From: Gammaproteobacteria bacterium
Lineage (GTDB): Bacteria > Pseudomonadota > Gammaproteobacteria > Natronospirales > DASSBR01
Reading direction: 5' to 3'
Length of the DNA: 64,000 nucleotides
Assembly (NCBI GenBank): GCA_035708085.1
Contig: DASSTE010000055.1
Location: 1,975 to 65,974 of the forward strand
Part shown: positions 1 through 9,789 of the stretch, piece after piece
How positions within the stretch are numbered: position 1 is the first letter of the stretch
How the letters are laid out: every line of letters begins with the position of its first letter
Translations under genes and position numbers: made by a program
The notes under the pieces: model-generated
The model's input: only the letters and a program-made list of their open reading frames with translations
Told to the model about the DNA's origin: nothing
Database searches by the model: none

Positions 1-2459
1 TGCTCCAGAATCGCTACAGCCGGATCGAGTTTCGCCGCGCGCCGCGCCGGCAGGTAGCATGCGACGACGGTAATGACCGACAGTGCTACAGCCACTCCAG
101 CGAGCGTCACTGGGTCGAACGGCGCAACGTTGAAGAGCTGCGACGAAATCGAGTATCCGAGTACCACCGCGAGAAGCAGGCCGACACACAAGCCGATCGC
201 CAGCATCTTCAGGCCGTCCCGAATGATCAACCACAACAAATCACCAGGCAGCGCGCCCAGCGCCAGGCGTACGCCGCACTCGGTCACACGCTGACCGACG
301 ACGTAGCTCAATACGCTGTACACGCCGACCGCCGCGAGCACCAGCCCGAGGCATGCAAACACCAGCACCAGCGCCATGACGGCTTCGCGCTCTGCCAATG
401 ATCGCGCGAGCGTGTCGTGCATCGTGGAGAAGTTGCTGATCGATACCAGCGGATTGATGTTGTTGACGACCTGCTTGACAGGCTTGATCAACGTTTCCGG
501 TGGCACCCGACTTTTGACGACAAGGCTGATTCCTGAAGAAGGATACTGGGCGCTGTCGAGATAAAACATGCCGCGCGCCGGCGCGTCCGCCAATGAGCCA
601 CTGTGAATCGTGGCGACCTCGCCGATAATTCTAAAATGCACGCGCTTATGATTTTGATCTTTAATCCAGCCAAACGTAATTTGGCGCCCGATCGGACTTT
701 CCCCGGGGAACCACTTGTCCGCCAGCTTTTGGTCAATGATCGCCACCGGCCGGCTCTTCGATGTATCCTGTAAACCGAACGTACGTCCGCGCAACAGCGG
801 AATGTTCAACGCGGCAAAAAATCCGGCGCTAACGGTTTCGGCATTCCCTACCGGTGCTTTTGCGTCAGTCACCGACACTCGCCCAGGAATGGTATAGCCG
901 CCGGTATCCGGCGGATTTTTGATCGGCACGTTCGATACCAGCGCAGCATGCCCGACGCCCGGAATCCGGCGGATGCCATTCAGCAATTGTTGATAATAGT
1001 GAGCCCGAGCCGCGCTATCGGGCTGGTTCTTTGACGGCGGAATCAAAATGTCCGCCGTCAGCACGTTATTCGTACTAAAACCGGGGTCGACCGCCTGCAG
1101 TCGCGCGAGGCTATGCACCAGCAAACCGGCGCCACCCAAAAGCGCCGCCGCGAGCGCGATTTCTGCGACAACCAAGGCGCTCCTCGTCCGCTTCGCGCCA
1201 CGGCTGCCGCCGACGGCCCGCCCTCCCGATTGCAACAGCATTTGCGGATCGTTACGCGACAACTGGCGAATCGGCAGCACGCTGGTCACGATCGCGACCA
1301 GCAACACCATCCCGAGCGCGAACAGGCCGACGCGCCAGTCCGGCGTCAGGGTAAATACCCCAAGCCGCGCCCCAAGGCCGGCATTCTGAATGAACGTGAG
1401 ACTAAACCAACCCAAGGCCACGCCCGCCAGCGCGCCGGGCACGGCGAGACACAAGCCCTCGACGAACATTTGCCGGATCAGCGCCCAACGGCTCGCACCC
1501 AGGGCGGTTCGCATCGCGATTTCGTGCGTGCGCCCGAGGATACGCGCAAGCAGAAGATTGGCGACGTTGACGCAAGCCATCAGCAGCACCAGCAGCACGA
1601 AGCCCTGCAAAATCAGCAGCAGCGGCGTGCGGCCGCCCAACAGCACGTCGCGGTATGGCCGCACTTTGAAGCCCCAATCCTTTTGCTTGTACCAATTCCC
1701 TATCAGCGGAATCACTTTTTTGATGATGCTGGAGCGAACCCGGGCCAACTGGGCGCGCGCCTGCGCGATGCTGGCGCCCGGCTTCAGCCGCGCAATGGCG
1801 CGCTGGTTGTCCCAGCCGCAGGTCCGGCACTGGTTCGTCCCCAGAGGCGGGAAATAGAACGGGGTCCAGAGGCTGACGCGGTTGTCCGGAAAGGCAAAAC
1901 CTTTCGGCAGCACGCCTATTACGCGATACCGTTCGCCATCAAGCTTGATGGATCGACCTACAACGTCGCGGTCGCCACCGAAAGTGCGCTGCCAGAATGC
2001 GTAACTCAATATCGCGACTTTGTTTCGGCCTTTCTCATCGTTGGCGGCATCGAATGCGCGGCCGATCACGGGCTTTACCCGCAACACATCGAATAGAGTG
2101 GCGCGGGTTTTGAGCGTAGTCACCCGCTGCGTGCGGCCGTTAAGCGTCAGGTTATGGTCCTCTTCGGCATAGAGAGCGCTCGATTCGAAGACACTCGTCC
2201 CCTTTCTCGCATCCGTAAAACTGTTGATTGACACGCCGGTATAAGGCTCGCCGATCGCCGGTACGCTCTCGTTGATCGCGACCAGTTGCTGCGGCTGAGA
2301 ATACGGCAACGGCTTCAGCAGATAGCCGTTCAGCACGCTGAACACCGCCGTGTTGGCGCCGATGCCGAGCGCAAGTGTGACAATAGCTGCAACCGCAAAG
2401 CCAGGCTTGGCAGCTAATTGCCGCAGACCGAAACGTAGATCGTTCAGAAAACCGCTCAT
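1..2459 (-). CDS. ADOP-type duplicated MacB/FtsX ABC permease, paralog 9 of the array (3' end truncated by the window edge)
   Basis: Absent from the ORF track because it has no stop inside the window. My own reverse-strand translation: ATG at 2459 gives MSGFLNDLRFGLRQLAAKPGFAVAAIVTLALGIGANTAVF. The same frame holds at 1601 (FVLLVLLMACVNVANLLLARILGRTHEIAMR), at 722-540 (ADKWFPGESPIGRQITFGWIKDQ...GMFYLDSAQYP, no stops) and at 60-2 (ACYLPARRAAKLDPAVAILE plus a partial Q codon). All segments are collinear with the complete paralogs. I did not translate every codon. Confidence 0.8.
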   Translation of the reverse strand, partial: MSGFLNDLRFGLRQLAAKPGFAVAAIVTLALGIGANTAVFSVLNGYLLKPLPYSQPQQLVAINESVPAIGEPYTGVSINSFTDARKGTSVFESSALYAEEDHNLTLNGRTQRVTTLKTRATLFDVLRVKPVIGRAFDAANDEKGRNKVAILSYAFWQRTFGGDRDVVGRSIKLDGERYRVIGVLPKGFAFPDNRVSLWTPFYFPPLGTNQCRTCGWDNQRAIARLKPGASIAQARAQLARVRSSIIKKVIPLIGNWYKQKDWGFKVRPYRDVLLGGRTPLLLILQGFVLLVLLMACVNVANLLLARILGRTHEIAMRTALGASRWALIRQMFVEGLCLAVPGALAGVALGWFSLTFIQNAGLGARLGVFTLTPDWRVGLFALGMVLLVAIVTSVLPIRQLSRNDPQMLLQSGGRAVGGSRGAKRTRSALVVAEIALAAALLGGAGLLVHSLARLQAVDPGFSTNNVLTADILIPPSKNQPDSAARAHYYQQLLNGIRRIPGVGHAALVSNVPIKNPPDTGGYTIPGRVSVTDAKAPVGNAETVSAGFFAALNIPLLRGRTFGLQDTSKSRPVAIIDQKLADKWFPGESPIGRQITFGWIKDQNHKRVHFRIIGEVATIHSGSLADAPARGMFYLDSAQYPSSGISLVVKSRVPPETLIKPVKQVVNNINPLVSISNFSTMHDTLARSLAEREAVMALVLVFACLGLVLAAVGVYSVLSYVVGQRVTECGVRLALGALPGDLLWLIIRDGLKMLAIGLCVGLLLAVVLGYSISSQLFNVAPFDPVTLAGVAVALSVITVVACYLPARRAAKLDPAVAILE

Positions 2460-2477
2460 CGAGTTCCCCGGTTTCAG

Positions 2478-4883
2478 TTATTGCTCCAACATCGCCACGG
2501 ACGGATCGAGCTTCGACGCCCGCCGCGCCGGCAGATAACAGGCGGCAATTGTAATAATTGATAACGCGACAACCACACCTGCCAGCGTCAGCGGATCGAA
2601 CGGCGCCACATTGAAAAGCTGTGACGAAATTGCATAGCCCAGCACCACCGCGAGCCCAAGGCCGATGCACAAACCGATCGCCAGCATCCGCAGCCCGTCG
2701 CGGATGATCAGCCACAAGAGGTCGGCCGGCAGGGCTCCGAGCGCCAGCCGCACACCGCACTCCGTAACGCGCTGGTTCACGACGTAATTCAGCACGCCGT
2801 ACACACCGACTGCGGCGAGTGCCAGCCCGATGCAGGCGAATACGAGTACGAGCATCATCAGCGCTTCACGCTCGGTAAGCGATTGCGCGAGCACGTCGGC
2901 CATAGATATGAAATGGGAAATCGATGCGTTCGGGCTGAGATCCCGAACGACCTGCTTGAGCGGTTTTACCAGACGGTACGGCGGCATGCTGGTCTTGACC
3001 ACCAAATGCATGTCGCCAAACGCGTTTTGCGCGGCATTCAAATAGTACGTTCCCCGCTGTGGCGGACTATCGAGCGAGGTGGCGTAAACGGTTCCCACTT
3101 CGCCGATGATCGTGTATCGCGTTGGATCACCCCCAAGCGTAATCTGGTGCCCGATCGGACTGGAATCGGGAAACCATTGGTCCGCCAGTTTTTTATCTAC
3201 GACGACCATTGGCCGGGAATCGCCTGGCGCGAACACCCGTCCACGCAGCAATGGAATTCCCAGCGTTCCAAAGTAACCCTCCGACGCGATAACCATATTG
3301 CCCAGCGGCTTGTGCGGGCCCATCGGAGACTCACCGGGCACCGTGTATGCATTACCGAGCGGCGGCCATTCAATCGGCACGGCGTTTACTACGCCCGCGC
3401 TTTCGACACCGGGTAGCGCCCGCACGCGGCGCAGGAGCTCGTCATAGTATTGATCGCGCGCATTTGCGTTCACGATTTCCGCCGTCAACACCCGCGCGGC
3501 ATCGAAACCGGGATCAGCCGACTGCAAGCGAAGGAAACTGTTCACCAGCAATCCGGTACCGCCCAGTAAGGCGGCAGCGAGCGCGATTTCGGCCACAACC
3601 AAGGCACCGCGGATGCGTCTCGCTCCACGACCGCCGCGAATTGACCGCCCGCCCTCCTGCAACAAGCCCTGCAGATCGCGGCGTGAAAGTTGTCGGATCG
3701 GCAATGCGCTGATGATGACAGCCACCAGCACGACTACGATAAGGGCGAACAGCCCAACCCGCCAATCCGGTGTCAACGTAAACAGACCGAGCCGCGCGCC
3801 AAATCCGATATTCTGAATAAAGCTCAGTCCCAACCATCCCAACGCGACGCCGGCCAAGCCGCCGGGGATAGTCAGGCAAAACGCTTCAACGAATACCTGC
3901 CGCACAAGTCTCATTAGACTTGCGCCCAAGGCGGCGCGCATTGCGATCTCGTGCGTGCGGCCGAGAATACGTGCGAGAAGCAAATTCGCGACATTGACAC
4001 ACGTCATGAGTAACAACAGCAGCACGAAGCCTTGCAAAATAAAGAGCAATGTCGCGCGATCGCCGAGCAATTTGCCTCGATAAGACCGCGCGCGAAGATG
4101 CCAGCCGGTTTTCTGCACCATCCGGTTAAACCATGCCGGTTCGGCCGCTACGATCCGCGAAGTGATCTGATGCAACTGCGCACGTGCAGCGTTGAGATCA
4201 GCGCCGGGCTTCAATCGTGCGATTAGTTGCTGGTTGTGCTCGCAGGTCCGGCACTTGTGCAACAGTTGAGGTGGGAAATGGAACGGAACCCAGAGTCCGA
4301 CACTTGAGTCGGGAAATGCGAAGTGCCGCGGCATTACGGCGATCACGCGGTACGGCTCGCCATACAGCTTGATGGTACGACCGATTGCATCGCGATTGCC
4401 GCCAAAAACCGTTTGCCACAGGCCATAGCTCAGCACCGCCACATGGTCCCGCCCCCCCTGGTCATTAAGGTCGCCAAACACCTGTCCGAGATAGGGTTTG
4501 ACACGCAAAACGTCAAACAAGTCAGCGCGCGCACGAACGGCGGGAACCAGTTCTGTTTGACCGTTGATTGTCAGGTTAAAAGCCGTCTCCTTGTATAGTG
4601 CGGCGTCGGCCAGTACCGTTGCGTCTTTCTTGATGTCGAGATAATTCATCGCCGACACGCCGACGTAGGGCTGGTGCGCATTTGGGAAGCTTTCGTTGAT
4701 CGCAATCAGTTGTTGCGATTGAGGGTACGGCAACGGCTTTAACAGATAGCCGTTCAACACGCTGAACACAGCCGTGTTCGCGCCGATCCCGAGCGCCAGC
4801 GTGACAATTGCCGCGGCGGCAAAGCCAGGCTTGGCCGCTAGCTGGCGCAGACCGAAACGTACGTCATGCAAAAATCCGTTCAT
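2478..4883 (-). CDS. ADOP-type duplicated MacB/FtsX ABC permease, paralog 8
   Basis: 801 aa ORF. N-terminal hallmark MNGFLHDVRFGLRQLAAKPGFAAAAIVTLALGIGANTAVFSVLNGYLLKPLPYP. Central FtsX block CVNVANLLLARILGRTHEIAMRAALGA. C-terminal FtsX block NYVVNQRVTECGVRLALGA...ARRASKLDP. Two large intervening periplasmic-type domains. Confidence 0.93.
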   Translation of the reverse strand: MNGFLHDVRFGLRQLAAKPGFAAAAIVTLALGIGANTAVFSVLNGYLLKPLPYPQSQQLIAINESFPNAHQPYVGVSAMNYLDIKKDATVLADAALYKETAFNLTINGQTELVPAVRARADLFDVLRVKPYLGQVFGDLNDQGGRDHVAVLSYGLWQTVFGGNRDAIGRTIKLYGEPYRVIAVMPRHFAFPDSSVGLWVPFHFPPQLLHKCRTCEHNQQLIARLKPGADLNAARAQLHQITSRIVAAEPAWFNRMVQKTGWHLRARSYRGKLLGDRATLLFILQGFVLLLLLMTCVNVANLLLARILGRTHEIAMRAALGASLMRLVRQVFVEAFCLTIPGGLAGVALGWLGLSFIQNIGFGARLGLFTLTPDWRVGLFALIVVVLVAVIISALPIRQLSRRDLQGLLQEGGRSIRGGRGARRIRGALVVAEIALAAALLGGTGLLVNSFLRLQSADPGFDAARVLTAEIVNANARDQYYDELLRRVRALPGVESAGVVNAVPIEWPPLGNAYTVPGESPMGPHKPLGNMVIASEGYFGTLGIPLLRGRVFAPGDSRPMVVVDKKLADQWFPDSSPIGHQITLGGDPTRYTIIGEVGTVYATSLDSPPQRGTYYLNAAQNAFGDMHLVVKTSMPPYRLVKPLKQVVRDLSPNASISHFISMADVLAQSLTEREALMMLVLVFACIGLALAAVGVYGVLNYVVNQRVTECGVRLALGALPADLLWLIIRDGLRMLAIGLCIGLGLAVVLGYAISSQLFNVAPFDPLTLAGVVVALSIITIAACYLPARRASKLDPSVAMLEQ

Positions 4884-4896
4884 GCCAGCGCCCTCC

Positions 4897-7314
4897 TCAT
4901 TGCTCCATCATCGCCACTGCCGGATCGAGCTTTGCCGCACGCCGCGCCGGCAACCAACACGCCGCCAGCGTGATGGCGCAAAGCACGACCGCGCTGCCGG
5001 CCAACGTCACCGGATCAAACGGCGCTACGCCGAACAACTGCGCGTACATCATGTAGCCGAACAGCACCGCGAGACCGAGGCCAAGCACCAACCCGACCGC
5101 CAACAGTCGCAGTCCGCCTTTCAATATCAGCCACGACAGATCTTCCGGCAGCGCGCCCAAAGCAAGCCGCACGCCACATTCAGCGCGACGCTGGCTGACG
5201 GCATAGCTCATTACGCCGTACATGCCGACGATGGCGAGCGCCAGCGCGATGGCTCCGAAGGCGAGGACCAGCAGCATCGTGGCGTGGCGATCCTGCAGCC
5301 GGTCGGCCAGTATCTGGTGCATGGTTTTGAAGTTCGTGACAGACACGAGTGGGTCGATATTGCCGACCAGTTTGGTCAACGGGCGAATCAACGCCTGCGG
5401 CGGAATGGTTGTCCTGATTATCAGATTTAAGCCAGGGCGCCAGACACCTTGTGATACCGGCAAGTAAATCGTTTCCATGGAAGGTTCGTCGGCCAAGCTG
5501 GTTTTGAGCGTCGGTACGACGCCTATAATTCGATATTTGGAGCCGCCACCGACAAGATATTGGCCGACCGGGTTCGTGTCGGAAAAGTACTTGTTGGCAA
5601 GCATTTGATCAATAACAACGACCGGCTCGCTATCGGCAGTGTCTTGCGGCCCGAAAGCGCGGCCTCTCAACAACGGCACGCCCAGCGTTTTGAAGTAGCC
5701 GCTACTGACAATGGACATCCAGGCAAAAGGCGGCGGTGAAATCGAACGGCCGGCGATCCCGTAACCGCCGTTGGTGCCGTAACGAAACGGCAACTGCGTT
5801 GTCACTGCCGCCGCGCTGGCACCAGGCAATGCACGCACGCGCTTGATCAGGTCGTTGTAGAAACTGGCCAAGGCTTTGGTTCCCTCGTGGTCGCCGGCCG
5901 GCACTACGACACTCGCGGTCAATACGTTATCCGGGTTGAAGCCGGGGCTTATCGATTGCAATTTAATAAAGCTGTGTATCAGCAGTCCCGACCCCGCCAG
6001 CAGAGCAGTCGCGAGCGCCAGTTCCACCGTGACCAGCGCATTGCGCGTCCGCCGCGCGCCGCGCCCACCGCCTGTTGCGCGACTACCTTCTTGCAGAACC
6101 GTCTGTAAATCAGTTCGGCTGAAATGGCGGATCGGCAAGAGGCTCACGGCCAGCGCGACCAGAATGACAGCTGCGATAGCAAACAGCGCGACCCGCCAAT
6201 CAGGCGTGATGCTGAACAAACCGCTTTCAGCGCCCCAGCCGAGCTGCCGGATGAACCGAAGACTCCACCACGCCAGCCCCACGCCTATGGCGCCGCCCGG
6301 AATAGCGAGGCACAAGCCTTCGATCAACAATTGGCGCGCCAGCTTCCCGCGCGTGGCGCCGAGTGCGCTGCGCATCGCCATCTCGTGCGTACGCCCGAGG
6401 ATGCGGGCGAGCAGGAGATTGGCAACGTTCACACAGGTAATCAGCAGAACCAGCAATACTGCCGCTTGCAGCAGTAACAGCAGCGACGGCCTTCCAGATA
6501 CTAGTTGTGCGTGCCAGGGTTGCAGCCACCAGTCGATGTTGTACTTTTTGGTTCTCGCGCGCATCGTTGCGCTGACGCGGTTAACCGTCTGCAAGACCGT
6601 GTCGAGCTGTGTCCCCGCCGCCTCAATGCTGACACCCGGTTTAAGCCGCCCGATGATCTTCAGTTTGTTATCGCCGCGCTGGCTTTCGGTTTTGTCCTCG
6701 GCGGTAAATACCAGTGGCACGAATAGCTGGTTTGGCTCGCCTTGAAACACGAAGTTCCTCGGCATTACGCCCAGCACTGTATAGGGCTTGCCGTCGAATC
6801 TAAGCGTGTGCCCAACCACATTCGGATCGCCACCCAGCTTGTGCTGCCAGAACGGATAAGACAGAACGACGACTTGTCCCCGTCCCGGTTGCTGGCTTTC
6901 CTTACTGAACGTGCGCCCCAGCAACGGCTGAACTTGCAGCACGTCGAACAGTGAAGCCGTGGTTCTGACGACTGGAATAGCCTGCGCCATGCCGGCTCGC
7001 GTGAGGTTCAGCGAGTCCCAGTTGACCGCGGCGATGGCCGAGAAATCGGATGCGCGATTCACCATGCTCAGGTAGTTCGGTACCGAGATCGAGGCGTAAC
7101 GGATATTTGCTTTCGCCTGATCCTCGTTGATCTGCACCAGTCGGTCGCTGTGCGGATATGGCAGCGGTTTCAGCAGATAGCCGTTCAGCACGCTGAACAC
7201 CGCAGTGTTCGCGCCGATGCCGAGCGCAAGCGTCAGGATCGCGGCGGCCGCGAAGCCGGGTTTGGCGGCAAGCTGGCGCATGCCGAAACGCAGATCTTTT
7301 AAGAAGCCGTTCAT
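4897..7314 (-). CDS. ADOP-type duplicated MacB/FtsX ABC permease, paralog 7
   Basis: 805 aa ORF with the same architecture and motifs (MNGFLKDLRFGMRQLAAKPGF..., CVNVANLLLARILGRTHEMAMRSALGA, SYAVSQRRAECGVRLALGA). A 13-nt gap separates it from the next gene. Confidence 0.93.
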   Translation of the reverse strand: MNGFLKDLRFGMRQLAAKPGFAAAAILTLALGIGANTAVFSVLNGYLLKPLPYPHSDRLVQINEDQAKANIRYASISVPNYLSMVNRASDFSAIAAVNWDSLNLTRAGMAQAIPVVRTTASLFDVLQVQPLLGRTFSKESQQPGRGQVVVLSYPFWQHKLGGDPNVVGHTLRFDGKPYTVLGVMPRNFVFQGEPNQLFVPLVFTAEDKTESQRGDNKLKIIGRLKPGVSIEAAGTQLDTVLQTVNRVSATMRARTKKYNIDWWLQPWHAQLVSGRPSLLLLLQAAVLLVLLITCVNVANLLLARILGRTHEMAMRSALGATRGKLARQLLIEGLCLAIPGGAIGVGLAWWSLRFIRQLGWGAESGLFSITPDWRVALFAIAAVILVALAVSLLPIRHFSRTDLQTVLQEGSRATGGGRGARRTRNALVTVELALATALLAGSGLLIHSFIKLQSISPGFNPDNVLTASVVVPAGDHEGTKALASFYNDLIKRVRALPGASAAAVTTQLPFRYGTNGGYGIAGRSISPPPFAWMSIVSSGYFKTLGVPLLRGRAFGPQDTADSEPVVVIDQMLANKYFSDTNPVGQYLVGGGSKYRIIGVVPTLKTSLADEPSMETIYLPVSQGVWRPGLNLIIRTTIPPQALIRPLTKLVGNIDPLVSVTNFKTMHQILADRLQDRHATMLLVLAFGAIALALAIVGMYGVMSYAVSQRRAECGVRLALGALPEDLSWLILKGGLRLLAVGLVLGLGLAVLFGYMMYAQLFGVAPFDPVTLAGSAVVLCAITLAACWLPARRAAKLDPAVAMMEQ

Positions 7315-7327
7315 GCGTTTTCTCCCT

Positions 7328-9778
7328 TCACTGCTCCATGATTGCGACAGCCGGATCGAGCTTCGCCGCGCGTCGCGCCGGCAGATAACACGCCACCAGA
7401 GTAATCACGCACAGCACGACGGCGCTGCCGATCAACGTCACCGGATCGAACGGCATGACGCCAAATAACTGTGCCGATATGAGATACCCGCACAAGACGG
7501 CGAGACCGAGACCGATCAGCAGCCCCACCGCCAGCAGGCGCAGCCCGTCCTTCAGCACCAGCCACTGCAGGTCCTCCGGCAATGCGCCGAGCGCAAGGCG
7601 GACGCCGCACTCGGCGCGCCGCTGACCCACGGCGTAGCTCATCACCGCATAGACGCCGACGATCGCGAGCGCGAGCGCGATGGCGCCGAATGCCAGCAAC
7701 AGCGTCATCGTCGTTTGCTTGTCGCTCAGCGAGTCCGATAGTTGCTCATGCATCGTGTGGATGTCGTCGACGGCGACGTTCGGGGCCATTGTCGCCAGAA
7801 GGCTTTGCACCGGTTTGACGAGCGCCCTCGGCGGCAGCTTGGTGTGAATCACCAGGTACATGTCGCTCGACGCCCCTTTGCCGATGTTCATGTAGACGGC
7901 CGCCGACGGTTGTGGCTGAGACAGTTTCGCGTACTTGATATCGGGCACGACGCCGACGATCGTATACACATCCTGGGAGCCGAACTGAATCTTCTGGCCA
8001 ATCGGGTTGACGCCGCTGAAGTACTTCTTCACCAGGGCAGCGCTGACGATCGCGTGTCCCTTACCCGCGTCACGTTCGTGGAAGCGCCGACCGCGCAGGA
8101 CCGGGATGCCGAGCGTCTTGAAATAACCCGCACTGACAAGATCGGTCAGCGCCGCGGGCGGCTTGCCGGAGGCCGGCTTCGGTCGGCCGGGAATCGCGAA
8201 GGCATTGAAGCTTGATGCGCCGCCCAGCGGCACGAAATCGGTAATGCCGGCCTTCCAGACGCCGGGCAGCGCGTCTACACGTCGCACCACTTCCCTGTAA
8301 AAATTGCTCATCGCGCCGTCGCCGGAATAATCCTTGGGCGACAATACAAGTTGTGCGATCAACACATGGTCCTTGCGAAAACCGGGATCGACATTCTCGA
8401 GATTCAGATAGCTATGCAACACCAGCCCCGCCATGGCGAGCAGGCCGGTCGCGAGTGTGAGTTCCGAAATCACGAGCACATTGCGTACACGTTTGGCACC
8501 GCGCCCGCCGCCGGCGGTACGGCTACCATCCTGCAAAGCCTTTTGCAGGTCAGTTTTGGCGAGGTGGCGGATCGGCAAGACGCTCACCAGCGCGGCGGTC
8601 AACAGCACCGCGCCAAGAGCGAACAGGCCGACGCGCCAGTCGAGCTCGATATTGAATATGCTTTCTCCCGCCCCAAGTGCCGAACCGGCCAGAAAGTGCA
8701 AACCCAGCCACGCGAGCCCGACGCCGATCAAGCCGCCAGGTACGGCCAGGCACAGCGCTTCGCCCAGCAGTTGCCGCGCCAGCACACCACGGGTTGCGCC
8801 GAGCGTGCTGCGCACGGCCATTTCATGGCTGCGGCCGAGAATACGGGAGAGCAAAAGGTTCGCAACATTGACGCAGGTGATCAGCAGGATCAGCAGTACC
8901 GCTCCCTGCAACAGCCATAGCGTCGCCGGGCGGTCGCCAAGCAGCTTCTGCCGGTATGATCGGGCTTGCAGCGCAAATCCGCTGCTCTTGAGCAGTTTTT
9001 GGTCAAAGGTGAAATTGCCCGCCTTGATGGGGAGCGTCCGATCGGTCCAGCCGCGTACGGCCTGCCGTACCTGTTGTTGCGCAACGTGTGGGGTCACGGC
9101 GGGTTTCAGCCAGCCGATAAATCGCGCATTCAGCGCCAGAAAGCGTTGCGGCGCAAAGGTCTGCGGGCCAATCGTCCGTGGTATCCAAATCGAAATGTCA
9201 CGATCGGGGAAGGCGAACCGCTGCGGCATGACGCCGATGATTCGATACACGTTGCTTTCAATCTTCACGGTCTTGCCGACAACGTCCGGATCGGCGCCAA
9301 ATGTGCTGCGCCACAGCGCGTAACTGATGACCACTACATGATCGTTGCCATCCTTCATGTTGGCCTTGGCAAAGGTATGGCCAAGCATGGGATGGACGCC
9401 CAAAACATGGAACAGGGACGCGGTAGAAAACACGCCGCCGACGCGTTGCGCACGCCCGCCGGCATTCAAATTAAAATCGTCCCGGCCATAAACTGCCGTC
9501 GCGGCAAACGCATTGGTGTCCTTCTGAATGACTTGGTAGATCGGCATCGATATCGAGAAGTCACCGGCTTTCACTTTGGGTATCTCGACATTGACCTGCG
9601 CCAGCCGGCCGGCATGCGGATACGGCAGCGGCTTGAGCAGGTAGCCGCTAAGCACGCTGAAGACAGCGGTGTTGGCGCCGATGCCGAACGCGAGCGTGGT
9701 AATCGCCGCGGCGGCAAAGCCGGGTTTGGCAATGATCTGGCGAAATCCAAAGCGGAGATCTTTGAGAAAGCCGTGCAT
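7328..9778 (-). CDS. ADOP-type duplicated MacB/FtsX ABC permease, paralog 6 (subfamily A)
   Basis: 816 aa ORF with the same architecture. It groups with paralogs 2 and 4 (shared PYPHAGRLAQ, RFIGWLKP, LSRILGRSHEMA, HFLAGSALGAG). Confidence 0.93.
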   Translation of the reverse strand: MHGFLKDLRFGFRQIIAKPGFAAAAITTLAFGIGANTAVFSVLSGYLLKPLPYPHAGRLAQVNVEIPKVKAGDFSISMPIYQVIQKDTNAFAATAVYGRDDFNLNAGGRAQRVGGVFSTASLFHVLGVHPMLGHTFAKANMKDGNDHVVVISYALWRSTFGADPDVVGKTVKIESNVYRIIGVMPQRFAFPDRDISIWIPRTIGPQTFAPQRFLALNARFIGWLKPAVTPHVAQQQVRQAVRGWTDRTLPIKAGNFTFDQKLLKSSGFALQARSYRQKLLGDRPATLWLLQGAVLLILLITCVNVANLLLSRILGRSHEMAVRSTLGATRGVLARQLLGEALCLAVPGGLIGVGLAWLGLHFLAGSALGAGESIFNIELDWRVGLFALGAVLLTAALVSVLPIRHLAKTDLQKALQDGSRTAGGGRGAKRVRNVLVISELTLATGLLAMAGLVLHSYLNLENVDPGFRKDHVLIAQLVLSPKDYSGDGAMSNFYREVVRRVDALPGVWKAGITDFVPLGGASSFNAFAIPGRPKPASGKPPAALTDLVSAGYFKTLGIPVLRGRRFHERDAGKGHAIVSAALVKKYFSGVNPIGQKIQFGSQDVYTIVGVVPDIKYAKLSQPQPSAAVYMNIGKGASSDMYLVIHTKLPPRALVKPVQSLLATMAPNVAVDDIHTMHEQLSDSLSDKQTTMTLLLAFGAIALALAIVGVYAVMSYAVGQRRAECGVRLALGALPEDLQWLVLKDGLRLLAVGLLIGLGLAVLCGYLISAQLFGVMPFDPVTLIGSAVVLCVITLVACYLPARRAAKLDPAVAIMEQ

Positions 9779-9789
9779 CGTTGTTCCTC